Shown: positions 17,568 through 25,750 of the stretch, in pieces
Numbering within the stretch: the stretch's first letter is position 1
How the letters are laid out: every line of letters starts with the position of its first letter
Origin: a virus
Taxonomy: Duplodnaviria; Caudoviricetes
Virus record (IMG/VR): IMGVR_UViG_3300044477_000110
Coordinates: 1-27,427 of that record
Reading direction: 5' to 3' (one strand)
DNA: 27,427 nt
Notes under the pieces: model-generated
The model's database searches: none
The model's input: the letters and a program-made list of their open reading frames with translations, nothing else
Told to the model about the DNA's origin: nothing
Position numbers and translations under genes: made by a program

Positions 17568-18111
17568 CTTTAGTCTCTTTAAGTTGTTTTACTTCCACAC
17601 TCGTTAAATACGCCCACTTGTGTCCCCCTGCGCTTCTCCTATTTCCGTTGCAAACCTCTATGATGGTAGCTTTATTGATTCCTGTGATTCTGGAAGCTTC
17701 GCTTACACCATGAAACACACGACATTCATTATTCTGAAATATCTGTTTGCATGGTTTGCTTAATGGGCTTAGTTCTCCTGTGTTGCCGTGGTTCCCTCCT
17801 GGCGTATTGAGTTCAAACCTCGCATGCCTGTTATTTTCTAATTGGGTGCACCACTCTAAATTTTCGGCTCTATTGTCAGTTTTTATACCGTTTATGTGGT
17901 TTACCTGAGGTTTGTTTTCTGGATTGGTATTAAATGTTGCACATACAAGCCTGTGAAGCATTATTCGTTTATAAGTGCCAATCGAAATCCTCAAATATCC
18001 TCGCCATGTTCTATCTGGTTTTAGAAGTGTTTCTTTTTTAATATTTCTCACAAGCCCGGTTGAACTTACCTGATAGTAATCAGGTACTCCTTCAATGTTT
18101 TTCCAAATCAT
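17515..18111 (-). CDS. NUMOD4-HNH homing endonuclease with NUMOD1-like tail
   Basis: WKNIEG..YQVSSTGLVR; HRLV...F; VNHINGIKTDNRAENLEWCT..EN; EASRITGI...SAGGHKW. Confidence 0.9.
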   Translation of the reverse strand: MIWKNIEGVPDYYQVSSTGLVRNIKKETLLKPDRTWRGYLRISIGTYKRIMLHRLVCATFNTNPENKPQVNHINGIKTDNRAENLEWCTQLENNRHARFELNTPGGNHGNTGELSPLSKPCKQIFQNNECRVFHGVSEASRITGINKATIIEVCNGNRRSAGGHKWAYLTSVEVKQLKETKDGAVSISKRGDSIGIEI

Positions 18112-18503
18112 AGATGTTTGATTTTTTGAAATTTCGACACTTCATTTTTGTAATAGTCAATCATCGCTTTGGCTTCAAAATCGCTTATTTTTGATGCTTT
18201 ATGCTTTGATAAGGTCAACCGTTCCACAATGTCATCGCCAAACTCCTTTTTGAGGTGTAAGGTGTAAGCCTCTATGTTACCATTATTGTAGTAGTTACAC
18301 TTGATACACCCTGCATGGCAATTGATTTCACTGAATCGCAACGACATATGTTGTCGTGGTATGAAGTGCATGTTTTGTGAATCTCTCCAGTGTAATATCT
18401 TCCCACAGCAGTAGCACATGATGTATCCATCATTATTCGAATCTCTTAATCTGATGTATTCTGAGAATATGCGGTCTAGTTTATCTCTTTGTGTCTTTGT
18501 CAT
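18108..18503 (-). CDS. NinG/Rap-like recombination endonuclease
   Basis: LDRIFSEYIRLRD, CYCCG, HFIPR..LRF.E.NCHAGC..CN. Confidence 0.85.
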   Translation of the reverse strand: MTKTQRDKLDRIFSEYIRLRDSNNDGYIMCYCCGKILHWRDSQNMHFIPRQHMSLRFSEINCHAGCIKCNYYNNGNIEAYTLHLKKEFGDDIVERLTLSKHKASKISDFEAKAMIDYYKNEVSKFQKIKHL

Positions 18504-18513
18504 TGCAGGATAT

Positions 18514-18541
18514 AAAAAAGAGAGGCTTTTGACCTCTCTTT
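18514..18541. terminator. Intrinsic terminator
   Basis: AAAGAGAGG-N7-CCTCTCTTT with a U tract on the minus strand. Confidence 0.7.
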
Positions 18542-18549
18542 ATTCAACT

Positions 18550-19002
18550 TTAGTTTTCACTACTTAACTTATCGCCGAGATACGGAAATATGTCAATGAT
18601 AGGTGTTTCCGAAATGCTTACAGACTCAAAATCGACAGTCATACCTTTAAGTGATTCTTTTATTTTTGCATCAGCATCGTTTATACTAATGCTCAAAACC
18701 AGCATATTAATTGACACCTTTTTTTCTTTGCCAACAGATTCATCAATTGTCATGAATGTCACTTTCCCTTTATACCATTTTTCGCCACCGTCGGTGGTGA
18801 CAATATCAGAATAATTAGATCTACGAATACTTACAACAGTGAAATCACCACTTATACAAGCCTCCATTTCTTTAAAAATTCTCGTTTCAGCTTCAGTAAA
18901 CGAAATTGCGTCTACGAGATAAGGCTCAGTTACTTTCTTTTCCTTACCTGTTTTTTCATCGATTTTAGTATATCGAATTTTACATTCAAACCAGTTTTGC
19001 AT
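18550..19002 (-). CDS. DUF4494-like protein
   Basis: WFECKIRY.K...KKVTEPYLVDAISFTEAE...ETPIIDIFPY, a typical Bacteroidota family. Confidence 0.8.
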   Translation of the reverse strand: MQNWFECKIRYTKIDEKTGKEKKVTEPYLVDAISFTEAETRIFKEMEACISGDFTVVSIRRSNYSDIVTTDGGEKWYKGKVTFMTIDESVGKEKKVSINMLVLSISINDADAKIKESLKGMTVDFESVSISETPIIDIFPYLGDKLSSEN

Positions 19003-19013
19003 GTGTTTAATTT

Positions 19014-19412
19014 TTAACGTTGACTTATTGGATTAGATAATCTCATTTCCTCTTTGGCCTTACTTACTAAAGTTCGGCACCATTCAAGCTGATGAGTTGC
19101 TGACCTGTTTAATCGTTCAACCCAATCGGCGATATAGTTCTCATCGAATGTGGCTGCGTCTACCAGTTTATTTAGAGTAGAAGCAGGTATTCCGGCAGAC
19201 TTGCCCATTTCTCGCACAATGGAAGATGAAAGCGCCTTATTCCTGTGATACTTAGCATCCGCAAGCATTTTACCCGTTCGAGCGATATAAACTGCCAAAT
19301 CATTACCTCTTTGTGCAATTTCCTCAATATTGTCAGAGGAAGTTATTTCTAAAAAGCCTTGAATGTCTTCGCATTCTGCTTTTATTAGGTGAAGTTCTTG
19401 TATCATTTTCAA
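19014..19412 (-). CDS. Hypothetical helical protein
   Basis: 132 aa; overlapping stop/start coupling with the upstream gene. Confidence 0.7.
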   Translation of the reverse strand: MKMIQELHLIKAECEDIQGFLEITSSDNIEEIAQRGNDLAVYIARTGKMLADAKYHRNKALSSSIVREMGKSAGIPASTLNKLVDAATFDENYIADWVERLNRSATHQLEWCRTLVSKAKEEMRLSNPISQR

Positions 19413-19675
19413 GAGTTATTTAATTGCGAGAAAACAAGCAATGCTTTATTGAAATCTTTAATACACCATGCCCAAATCCCAAATGAATTTGATTTAGGAT
19501 AAGAAACACAATCAAATTGTTGATTAATTCTCCTTTCAAATACTTCATAATGGATATTACCTGTTTCTTTATATGTAAGCACATACATAAATGCCTTTTC
19601 GCTTTCAAATAATTGCCGAAACATATACCCTGAAACTTCACCACGACCTTCAAATTCTTTGTATAGTTCTTTCAT
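19409..19675 (-). CDS. Hypothetical protein
   Basis: 88 aa; ATGA overlaps at both ends; HYEVF...YP..NSFG.WAW. Confidence 0.7.
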   Translation of the reverse strand: MKELYKEFEGRGEVSGYMFRQLFESEKAFMYVLTYKETGNIHYEVFERRINQQFDCVSYPKSNSFGIWAWCIKDFNKALLVFSQLNNS

Positions 19676-20325
19676 ATAGCCTGATTAAATTCTCCGAACA
19701 TTTGCCAGTATTTAAAGCTTAACTCTGTCATCTTATCAAAGCCGCTTCTATATATTTCATCATCCCGCTTGATTGGCACCTTAAACACTTTGAAATTGAC
19801 TTTCGAAATACCGATCAAAACATCCTGATTACTTCCGGCCATATTCATATACCAGACTCGCTGTCGGTCATAATCAAAATGATAGATCGCATCAACAAAC
19901 TGGCTATGAGTAGTTGCAGTGGTAGACTTAATATCCCCGCCCCAGCCTAACACGTCCATAAATAGATCCCATTTAGATCGAGTAGGTAGGAAGTACTCAA
20001 AACCATCACATACAAACCGCTGATTTGGATTAATCATTACTTTTTGAGGTGTTGATCGCTCAAGCATATTCCGACAGAAATCATCCCTCAGAAATGCTTT
20101 TTTCATTTGGTTTGCCTTCTCCCAATCGTCACGGCTATATGGCTCTCCATTGCATTCAAATGTCAGATAGTTGACTTTATCAGGCTCTGTAAGCATCATA
20201 TCTATTAAAGTCCCAAATTTGTAAGCATTAGTAGGATCTGGAGAATCGATGGCATAAAGCATTTTCTTTAAAGCAGAAAGGTCAGAGTTGCTTACCTCTG
20301 ACCTTCCGTAATAAGGATCTTTCAT
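19672..20325 (-). CDS. PD-(D/E)XK exonuclease (RecE/ExoVIII-like, DUF3799-type)
   Basis: SNSDL, FGTLID, RSKWD, DIKST, YDRQ..WY; downstream of recT. Confidence 0.75.
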   Translation of the reverse strand: MKDPYYGRSEVSNSDLSALKKMLYAIDSPDPTNAYKFGTLIDMMLTEPDKVNYLTFECNGEPYSRDDWEKANQMKKAFLRDDFCRNMLERSTPQKVMINPNQRFVCDGFEYFLPTRSKWDLFMDVLGWGGDIKSTTATTHSQFVDAIYHFDYDRQRVWYMNMAGSNQDVLIGISKVNFKVFKVPIKRDDEIYRSGFDKMTELSFKYWQMFGEFNQAI

Positions 20326-20326
20326 C

Positions 20327-21511
20327 TTATTTTCGTGCTTGAACCTTTACCTGTTCTTTGTACTCAATGTAAGGGCTTTGGATTGTCTCATTGTTTTTGT
20401 GAGCGTATTTCTCACAGAAAGCTTTCATCTGGCCCAGTGTCTTTTTCTCAAGTTGATCTATGGCCAGATCTTTACCCTCATGCTCAAACCAGAATTGAAA
20501 TATTAAGCCAAACGCAGCAGGATGCTTAACAATCATATCGTAACCGGTACGCTCCTTTGCCTGCACCGAAGACTCAGTATTGAAAAGCGTTTGCATTTCA
20601 GCAGCTTTAGCTTTAGCCTCAGCTTCGGCTTTAATCTTTGCATCTGCATCTGCTTTTTCTTTAGCCTGGCGTTCCCTTTCTTCCTTTTCCCGCTTCTCTT
20701 GTTCTGCCTTTAACCTTGCAGCTTCAGCAGCATTGTTTCTCTCTGCTGCCGCAATAGCTTCTAATTCGACTTTTTTAGATGGGAGTTTGCTCACTAAATC
20801 AGCCTTTACTTCAGACATTTTCGCTTTAAATGCAGCATGAAACTGATTGTACTTACCATCTGAAACTTCAACTTTCAATGCGATTTTGTCATCCTTGGTC
20901 AGGTAGAGTGTACTAACACCAACCTTGAAGGCTTCGAAATTCTCAACTGGATATACCTCTGGGTACTTTACAATTTGAGCCTTTACAGAATCGATACTCG
21001 AAAGTGTCGCATTATTGAAAATTGCATGAATCTCTTTAATGCATTCGGCCAGATAATCATTGAACCAGTTGCCCCATGAGATTTCAATAGCTGCACGGGT
21101 TTCGGCTCTCTCTTTTTCAATGGCCTTCAGTTTTTGAGCCTCCTCTTCACGCTTTCGCTGTTCTTCAAGTTTCTTAGTGGCATAAGTATTCCGCACGACC
21201 TGAATGCGAGCCACGATACTTTCTGTTTTCTTAGGATCCAAGTCAGCCTCCAATGTGGTAAACTCTTTTTTCACTGCATCTAAAAGCTGCGTAATAGGCT
21301 TGCGCTGCTCCATTATCAAATCAAGTGTTTTCCTTGCTTTAACCAGATAGTTATTCGCCTCTTCATCTGCTTTATCATCCATCGTGGCCATTATCTTATT
21401 CAGCAATGTTTCACCGGCTGATTTGGCCTTTTCAACTCTTGATTTGCTTTGCTCCAATACCTGAGGTACCGTAGCAGTTATTTCATTAAATTTTACAATT
21501 TCTGTACTCAT
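20327..21511 (-). CDS. Coiled-coil protein of the recombination module
   Basis: 394 aa, EK/EA-rich heptads, RKPIT..LD..KK.F; between recT and the exonuclease. Confidence 0.7.
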   Translation of the reverse strand: MSTEIVKFNEITATVPQVLEQSKSRVEKAKSAGETLLNKIMATMDDKADEEANNYLVKARKTLDLIMEQRKPITQLLDAVKKEFTTLEADLDPKKTESIVARIQVVRNTYATKKLEEQRKREEEAQKLKAIEKERAETRAAIEISWGNWFNDYLAECIKEIHAIFNNATLSSIDSVKAQIVKYPEVYPVENFEAFKVGVSTLYLTKDDKIALKVEVSDGKYNQFHAAFKAKMSEVKADLVSKLPSKKVELEAIAAAERNNAAEAARLKAEQEKREKEERERQAKEKADADAKIKAEAEAKAKAAEMQTLFNTESSVQAKERTGYDMIVKHPAAFGLIFQFWFEHEGKDLAIDQLEKKTLGQMKAFCEKYAHKNNETIQSPYIEYKEQVKVQARK

Positions 21512-21522
21512 TTTGATTTGAT

Positions 21523-22431
21523 TTAAAATACTTCATCATCATCTTCAACTATCACACTTGCCTGTTGAACTACAGGCTGAGATGGTTCAGTAGCCTGAAA
21601 TGGTTCGGGCTCTGGTTTGGCTGTCATCTCTGGGGTTATGCGCTCATCTAATCCATAATTAGCAGCCTGTGGTTCATCATTCTGTAGTTTCGAAAACTCA
21701 CCGATTCTGACTTTAGGAAATGTTTTAAAGGCATGCTTAATGGTTTTTGCAGCAAGGAAACCGGTATCAATCTGCCCTTCATTTGATGAATAAAGAGCAT
21801 TGCCAGAGTTGTTTCGATTCTTCTTCGCAGAATAACCTTTAAGACGTTCAATATCATCGGGTAACATCCACGAGAAATCAACCGACCCATCAGCTCTAGT
21901 TAGTCGAATAAACGAACCAATGATATTCTTTGACATTCTGGGTATAGATGCCTCATAAAGGCAAATCTTCTGACCTCGCTCGTTGACTATAGGCTTGAAT
22001 TTATCTCCTTCGTAAACGATCACAGGACTATCTGCATATAGCAGTTGACCTGATTGCATCCTTAGTGCGAGTTCTCCATAAGGGCTTACCTCTAAAGTTG
22101 CTCGTTTTTCGTATTTATCTCCAACTTTCACACTCCCAGGCAAGACATAGAGTAAAGGTTGAGATACATTATCTAGGCTCAGAGCCATTGAGGCAACGTC
22201 TAAAAAGCAGCCGTATACCGAAAATGCGGTACATTTCTGAAGTTCTTCACTTCCCTGAATGATTCGGAGCATGTTGTAATGCTCTTTCTCATAGAAATTC
22301 TCAGCCTGATCTTCATCTGCTTTATGCAGATTCATAAAGAGATTGATAAACCTCTTTTTAACACGCTCATCCTCTAAAACTTGTAGAGGCTTCATTGCGC
22401 TTAATTCCTGAATTGTTAACTTTGCTTCCAT
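21523..22431 (-). CDS. recT: RecT-family single-strand annealing recombinase
   Basis: LQKCT..SVYGC, YVLP, SPYGEL, VYEGDKF, AKTIKHAFKTFP, acidic tail. Confidence 0.8.
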   Translation of the reverse strand: MEAKLTIQELSAMKPLQVLEDERVKKRFINLFMNLHKADEDQAENFYEKEHYNMLRIIQGSEELQKCTAFSVYGCFLDVASMALSLDNVSQPLLYVLPGSVKVGDKYEKRATLEVSPYGELALRMQSGQLLYADSPVIVYEGDKFKPIVNERGQKICLYEASIPRMSKNIIGSFIRLTRADGSVDFSWMLPDDIERLKGYSAKKNRNNSGNALYSSNEGQIDTGFLAAKTIKHAFKTFPKVRIGEFSKLQNDEPQAANYGLDERITPEMTAKPEPEPFQATEPSQPVVQQASVIVEDDDEVF

Positions 22432-22459
22432 ATTAAAATTTTTGGGAATCGATTTTAAG

Positions 22460-22483
22460 GCGGCTTTTCGGAGCCGCTTTTTT
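22460..22483 (+). terminator. Intrinsic terminator oriented against the operon
   Basis: GCGGCTT-TTCG-GAGCCGC-TTTTTT on the + strand; no U tract on the - strand. Confidence 0.55.
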
Positions 22484-22667
22484 ATAGCACACTTAGACAG
22501 TCATCTAATAAGTCAGTATTCAATACACTTTCAGTATTTCCGTCTAAATCATCCAGTTTTAAAACCTGATATTCTCTGAACTCGTGGTTCTTTGCTAATA
22601 TGAATCCATGTCTAAATAGTCTGTCTTTGACTTCAATTTCTTTAAGGTTCCAATGGTCGGTAAACAT
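22482..22667 (-). CDS. Hypothetical protein
   Basis: 61 aa, operon orientation. Confidence 0.5.
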   Translation of the reverse strand: MFTDHWNLKEIEVKDRLFRHGFILAKNHEFREYQVLKLDDLDGNTESVLNTDLLDDCLSVL

Positions 22668-22691
22668 TCGAGTGAATAATTTAAGGGTTAG

Positions 22692-22717
22692 AAAAAAGGC
22701 CGGTACTCATCCCGGCC
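22692..22717 (-). terminator. Intrinsic terminator closing the structured non-coding region
   Basis: Minus strand GGCCGG-N8-CCGGCC-TTTTTT. Confidence 0.75.
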
Positions 22718-22794
22718 ATTAAGTAGATTCTCAAAATGTCTGGGAAGACGCCCAGACTCGCTGATTACATCCTTTAATGGTCCCTTAGGACATG

Positions 22795-22855
22795 CACCAC
22801 ATGCGGGACTCGAACCCGCGACCCTGAGACTCTAACCAACTGAGCTAATGTGGTG
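22795..22855 (-). ncRNA. tRNA-like element A, anticodon arm absent
   Basis: CACCACAT-TA-GCTC AGTTGGTTA GAGT-CTCAGGGTC-GCGGG TTCGAGT CCCGC-ATGTGGTG: perfect acceptor stem, canonical D and T arms, only 9 nt between them. Confidence 0.75.
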
Positions 22856-22923
22856 TTTGCCGTTACAAAAAGCAATCTTGCGAAACATCACGGCATGTTT
22901 ACTTCTATAGCTGTGCGCTATGT

Positions 22924-23054
22924 GGTACATGCGGGATTTGAACCCGATTCGCTATTCCTTGCGAACACCCTTCCCATCGTTTACCAGTTTTGACATAAGT
23001 CTGATTGACGTTGCTTATGCTGATTCTGAGGTGCGCCCAATACGCTCATGTACC
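22924..23054 (-). ncRNA. tRNA-like element B, anticodon region replaced by a ~85-nt structured insert
   Basis: GGTACATG/CATGTACC acceptor stem, D-like GCGT-ATTGG-GCGC, T arm CGGG-TTCAAAT-CCCG; inner stems GCATAAG/CTTATGT and TTCGC/GCGAA. Confidence 0.65.
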
Positions 23055-23058
23055 GTTT

Positions 23059-23367
23059 GCCGGTGTTATTCCCCGGCTCAGTCATGTACTGCATTTACCT
23101 GTGTTTATCGGAAAAATCAACCCGTCGGGGCAGATGTGTCATGCAGTCTTCATTCCGGCAGACCGGCCGGAATAACTTACCCCAGTATTTTTAGGAGAGC
23201 GGGTTGGAAAGCAATGAACCTTTAATTCATTCCCGCATCTCCCATTGTTCCCGAGTAGTATATCAAAACCGCTCGGGTACTGTTTTTTATTCTTTCTAGA
23301 GATTTATAAAAACAGCGAAAAAATTACTCCGCATCGTACCCGAAAAGCCGATCAAGGCCGTTCGGGT
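23059..23367 (-). ncRNA. Tandem hairpin array, probable structured RNA
   Basis: Seven consecutive inverted repeats: 23059-77, 23088-147, 23152-73, 23194-242, 23250-77, 23280-315, 23338-67. Confidence 0.5.
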
Positions 23368-23405
23368 TAAAACCATAAATCGAAAATTCTTTCAATAACT
23401 TTCTT

Positions 23406-23521
23406 TTTATAGTTTATAGTTTTATAGTTTATAAGAGTCATTAGAAAAAGTATCAGGAAAAGTATCAGGAAAACCCTCAGAAAAAGCCTCAATATTTGAT
23501 ACCTTTTCTGATACCTTTTTC
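23406..23521. repeat. Origin-like element: AT-rich TTTATAG repeats plus six 12-bp iterons
   Basis: TTTATAG x3 plus TTTATAA at 23406-34; four direct units at a 12-bp period from 23446, two inverted units at 23496 and 23508; 28 bp identical to 9248-9275. Confidence 0.75.
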
Positions 23522-23837
23522 CTGTTTTTTATCCAAATCTCAACGCATGACACTATAACATCTTATTATCAGTTTTTCTATGCCTACAGTTAAAAGCCAT
23601 TTCAATCTGACTTTCGGCCTGACAACGGAGCTGACCTACTTATTCGGCCGTCACCCATAAAACTGTTTTTGCGACTTACTTACCCGTAAAGGCTTAGCTG
23701 GCAAAAAGTGAATCGCGTAACGGACTAATTTGCCAAAGCCACATATTCAATCGTTCGCTTCTCGCTAATACCGAATCTTATCCCGTATCATTGGCCACGA
23801 TGCCTAACGGTCATTAATAACAGTATCCGATTGCACT

Positions 23838-23853
23838 CAACATTTCAAAGAAC
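23838..23853 (-). promoter_or_regulatory. boxA-like antitermination element
   Basis: Minus strand GTTCTTTGAAATGTTG just after the stop of ORF 23885, at the head of the non-coding region. Confidence 0.55.
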
Positions 23854-23884
23854 ATTATGCCATTTTTGGCTTGTGAATAGAGGT

Positions 23885-24115
23885 CTATGCCTCTATCCTG
23901 ATGTCGCCAACCATTGTTGACTTGTAGGTTGATTTTAGGATTGAATTTCTGATCTGCTCAACATCATCTGTTGTAATCCCATCTTCACACCGATATGTGA
24001 TATTATTGCCGTGCTGATTTGACACGGAAATCAGGTCAATATTGGTATTACAGGTCATGACAATCCCAGGGAGGATAGTTTCGCACCATACTCCAGCTGT
24101 TGCAGTTGCTTCCAT
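23885..24115 (-). CDS. Hypothetical protein
   Basis: 76 aa, operon context. Confidence 0.6.
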   Translation of the reverse strand: MEATATAGVWCETILPGIVMTCNTNIDLISVSNQHGNNITYRCEDGITTDDVEQIRNSILKSTYKSTMVGDIRIEA

Positions 24116-24121
24116 AAAGTT

Positions 24122-24397
24122 TTATTTATTGTGTTCGAACCAGCTTGCTCTGTTGCTTGTGCGAGCTACTGCCTCTAATTGAATGCGATCTATCCTAACT
24201 TTGGTATTACCTTCTCCATCTTTTATTGGCCTAACCAAACCCTCTTTTATCCATCGATTAACGATACTTTTACCGTGAATACATTGAGCTTCTTTCAAAC
24301 TTAAATGAGGCTTTAATTGACCAGTAGCAACCAATACTTTCTGAGCTGCTAATTCGGCTGTCTCCAACATCATGATTCTCATTTGCACCTCAGTCAT
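24122..24397 (-). CDS. Excisionase-like / MerR-type HTH DNA-binding protein
   Basis: LSLKEA...G...VNRWIKEGLVRP.K.G....VRIDR..LE. Confidence 0.6.
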   Translation of the reverse strand: MTEVQMRIMMLETAELAAQKVLVATGQLKPHLSLKEAQCIHGKSIVNRWIKEGLVRPIKDGEGNTKVRIDRIQLEAVARTSNRASWFEHNK

Positions 24398-24400
24398 AGC

Positions 24401-25195
24401 TTAGTTTTTGATGGTTCGTTTCGAATACTTCTGTAAGAACTTACGCCCCTCCTCAGTCCAATAAAGATGATGTGATGTTTGATCTTTGCCGTTGTGGTCA
24501 ACATAGGGGTGTGGCTTGTATTTGGCATATCCTTTGCCTGAAAAATCAGCCCTTAACGCCCATGTGTCGTTTACCTTACGCAATACACCTTCAGCTTTTA
24601 AAAATTGGTTTAAAGCCTTAGCCGATGTAAAACCAAGCTCGTTAGCTATTTCGGTGGTACTTATCAGGCTACCACTGTTCATCACACTGTCGTGGTACTC
24701 TATCTTTGGCGCAGCTTCTCTGAGTTGTTCGGCCTGCTTCTGAGCTACCTGATTAAAAACTTCGGCTCTGCTTTCAGCTACCTGACGGCGTTCGCGCTCT
24801 GCTTTTAGCTCGGTTGCCAAGCCTATCAATAAATCAGGATCCAACAGTATCTCTTCCAGTTTCGACGGTGTTGCCGTCATTCCTTTGGTTCGCAACTCTT
24901 TTAGGTATGATTTTACCTGACTCTTGAACGCCTTGGCAATGGGCTTGCGGCTTTGCATCAATACTTCATAGAGGCCGTCTTCGGTGAGAAAATTACATTC
25001 TCCTTGCAACCCTCCTAAGTTAAACTTAGCCACCTCTTCTGGTTCTACACGGCTGATCATGTCCGTCACATTGCTTAATCCAATCCATTCCGCTACTTCC
25101 TTTGCCAAAAACAAAGGCTCTTCAAACGTTCCGTAAACGCTTACCGATTTATCGAGTATTGATGTGGTTCCGACTATTTGCAATTGAGTTGTCAT
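24401..25195 (-). CDS. Phage antirepressor (BRO-N plus ANT/KilA-C)
   Basis: YGTFEEPLFLAKEVA, FLTEDGLYEVLMQSRKPIAKAFK; APKIEYHD, TTEIA.ELG..SA..LN..L, WTEEGR.F. Confidence 0.9.
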   Translation of the reverse strand: MTTQLQIVGTTSILDKSVSVYGTFEEPLFLAKEVAEWIGLSNVTDMISRVEPEEVAKFNLGGLQGECNFLTEDGLYEVLMQSRKPIAKAFKSQVKSYLKELRTKGMTATPSKLEEILLDPDLLIGLATELKAERERRQVAESRAEVFNQVAQKQAEQLREAAPKIEYHDSVMNSGSLISTTEIANELGFTSAKALNQFLKAEGVLRKVNDTWALRADFSGKGYAKYKPHPYVDHNGKDQTSHHLYWTEEGRKFLQKYSKRTIKN

Positions 25196-25198
25196 AAT

Positions 25199-25750
25199 TT
25201 AGTTTTTAAAAAGGTTATTGTCTTTTGCGTACCTGATGAAATCGGCCATCGAGTGGATATGTAACTTCTTGAAACTATTTTTCCGATGGTTATTCACAGT
25301 ATTGAGAGAGATAAAAAGAGCTGATGCAATTTCGTTATCGTTTTTACCTTCGTAGCACATTTGCATTACTTCCAATTCGCGGACACTCAATGAACTATTA
25401 AACTTAGGGTTGCAAATAACACCGTCGTGCTTACATTCACCTCTCATGGGACATGCCACAAATTCAAAGTTCATACGCCCTATGTGGTCTATATCCAGTA
25501 CATTGTCATAGTTCGAGAAGTTGCACTTGATAAATCTCCGAACTTTTAGAAATCGGTTGAACGATGGGTTCTTGATACTCGCCTTGTAATATTCAGACAG
25601 GGCTTTATTCGCTTCGGGATAGAACTCCATGATTATCTCTTCCATTTCGCCAATAAACTCAATGTCCGTCTGACTCAACATGCGCGTACCTGCATCATCC
25701 TGTATCATCACCTCATTATTGGGTGTTGTATAAAATTCTATTGATTTCAT
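25199..25750 (-). CDS. LuxR C-terminal HTH transcriptional regulator with Cys-rich N-terminal part
   Basis: LSVRELEVM...G..DNEIASALFISLNTVNNHRKN..KKL; CPMRGEC...IC. Confidence 0.85.
   Translation of the reverse strand: MKSIEFYTTPNNEVMIQDDAGTRMLSQTDIEFIGEMEEIIMEFYPEANKALSEYYKASIKNPSFNRFLKVRRFIKCNFSNYDNVLDIDHIGRMNFEFVACPMRGECKHDGVICNPKFNSSLSVRELEVMQMCYEGKNDNEIASALFISLNTVNNHRKNSFKKLHIHSMADFIRYAKDNNLFKN

Noticed and set aside
22795-22855. Functional tRNA gene or attachment-site tRNA fragment
   Set aside because: No anticodon arm; both acceptor strands are present, unlike an att 3' fragment; no integrase in the window
22924-23054. tmRNA
   Set aside because: No G3.U70 alanine identity pair, it has a D stem, it is far too short, and the internal frame lacks a convincing resume context or tag ending
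22920-23225. 101-aa + strand ORF
   Set aside because: Weak start, antisense to the operon, overlies the tRNA-like element and hairpins, no recognisable motif
23219-23232. Guide-like complementarity between the ncRNA region and the methyltransferase stop site (CCTTTAATTCAT vs CCCTTAATCAT)
   Set aside because: Short, AT-rich and gapped; expected by chance
23406-23521. CRISPR or mini-CRISPR array
   Set aside because: Units are abutting 12-bp and 7-bp repeats with no unique spacers
23605-23656. Hammerhead ribozyme suggested by GGCC...GGCCGAAA on the minus strand
   Set aside because: The required CUGANGA core is not present upstream of the stem
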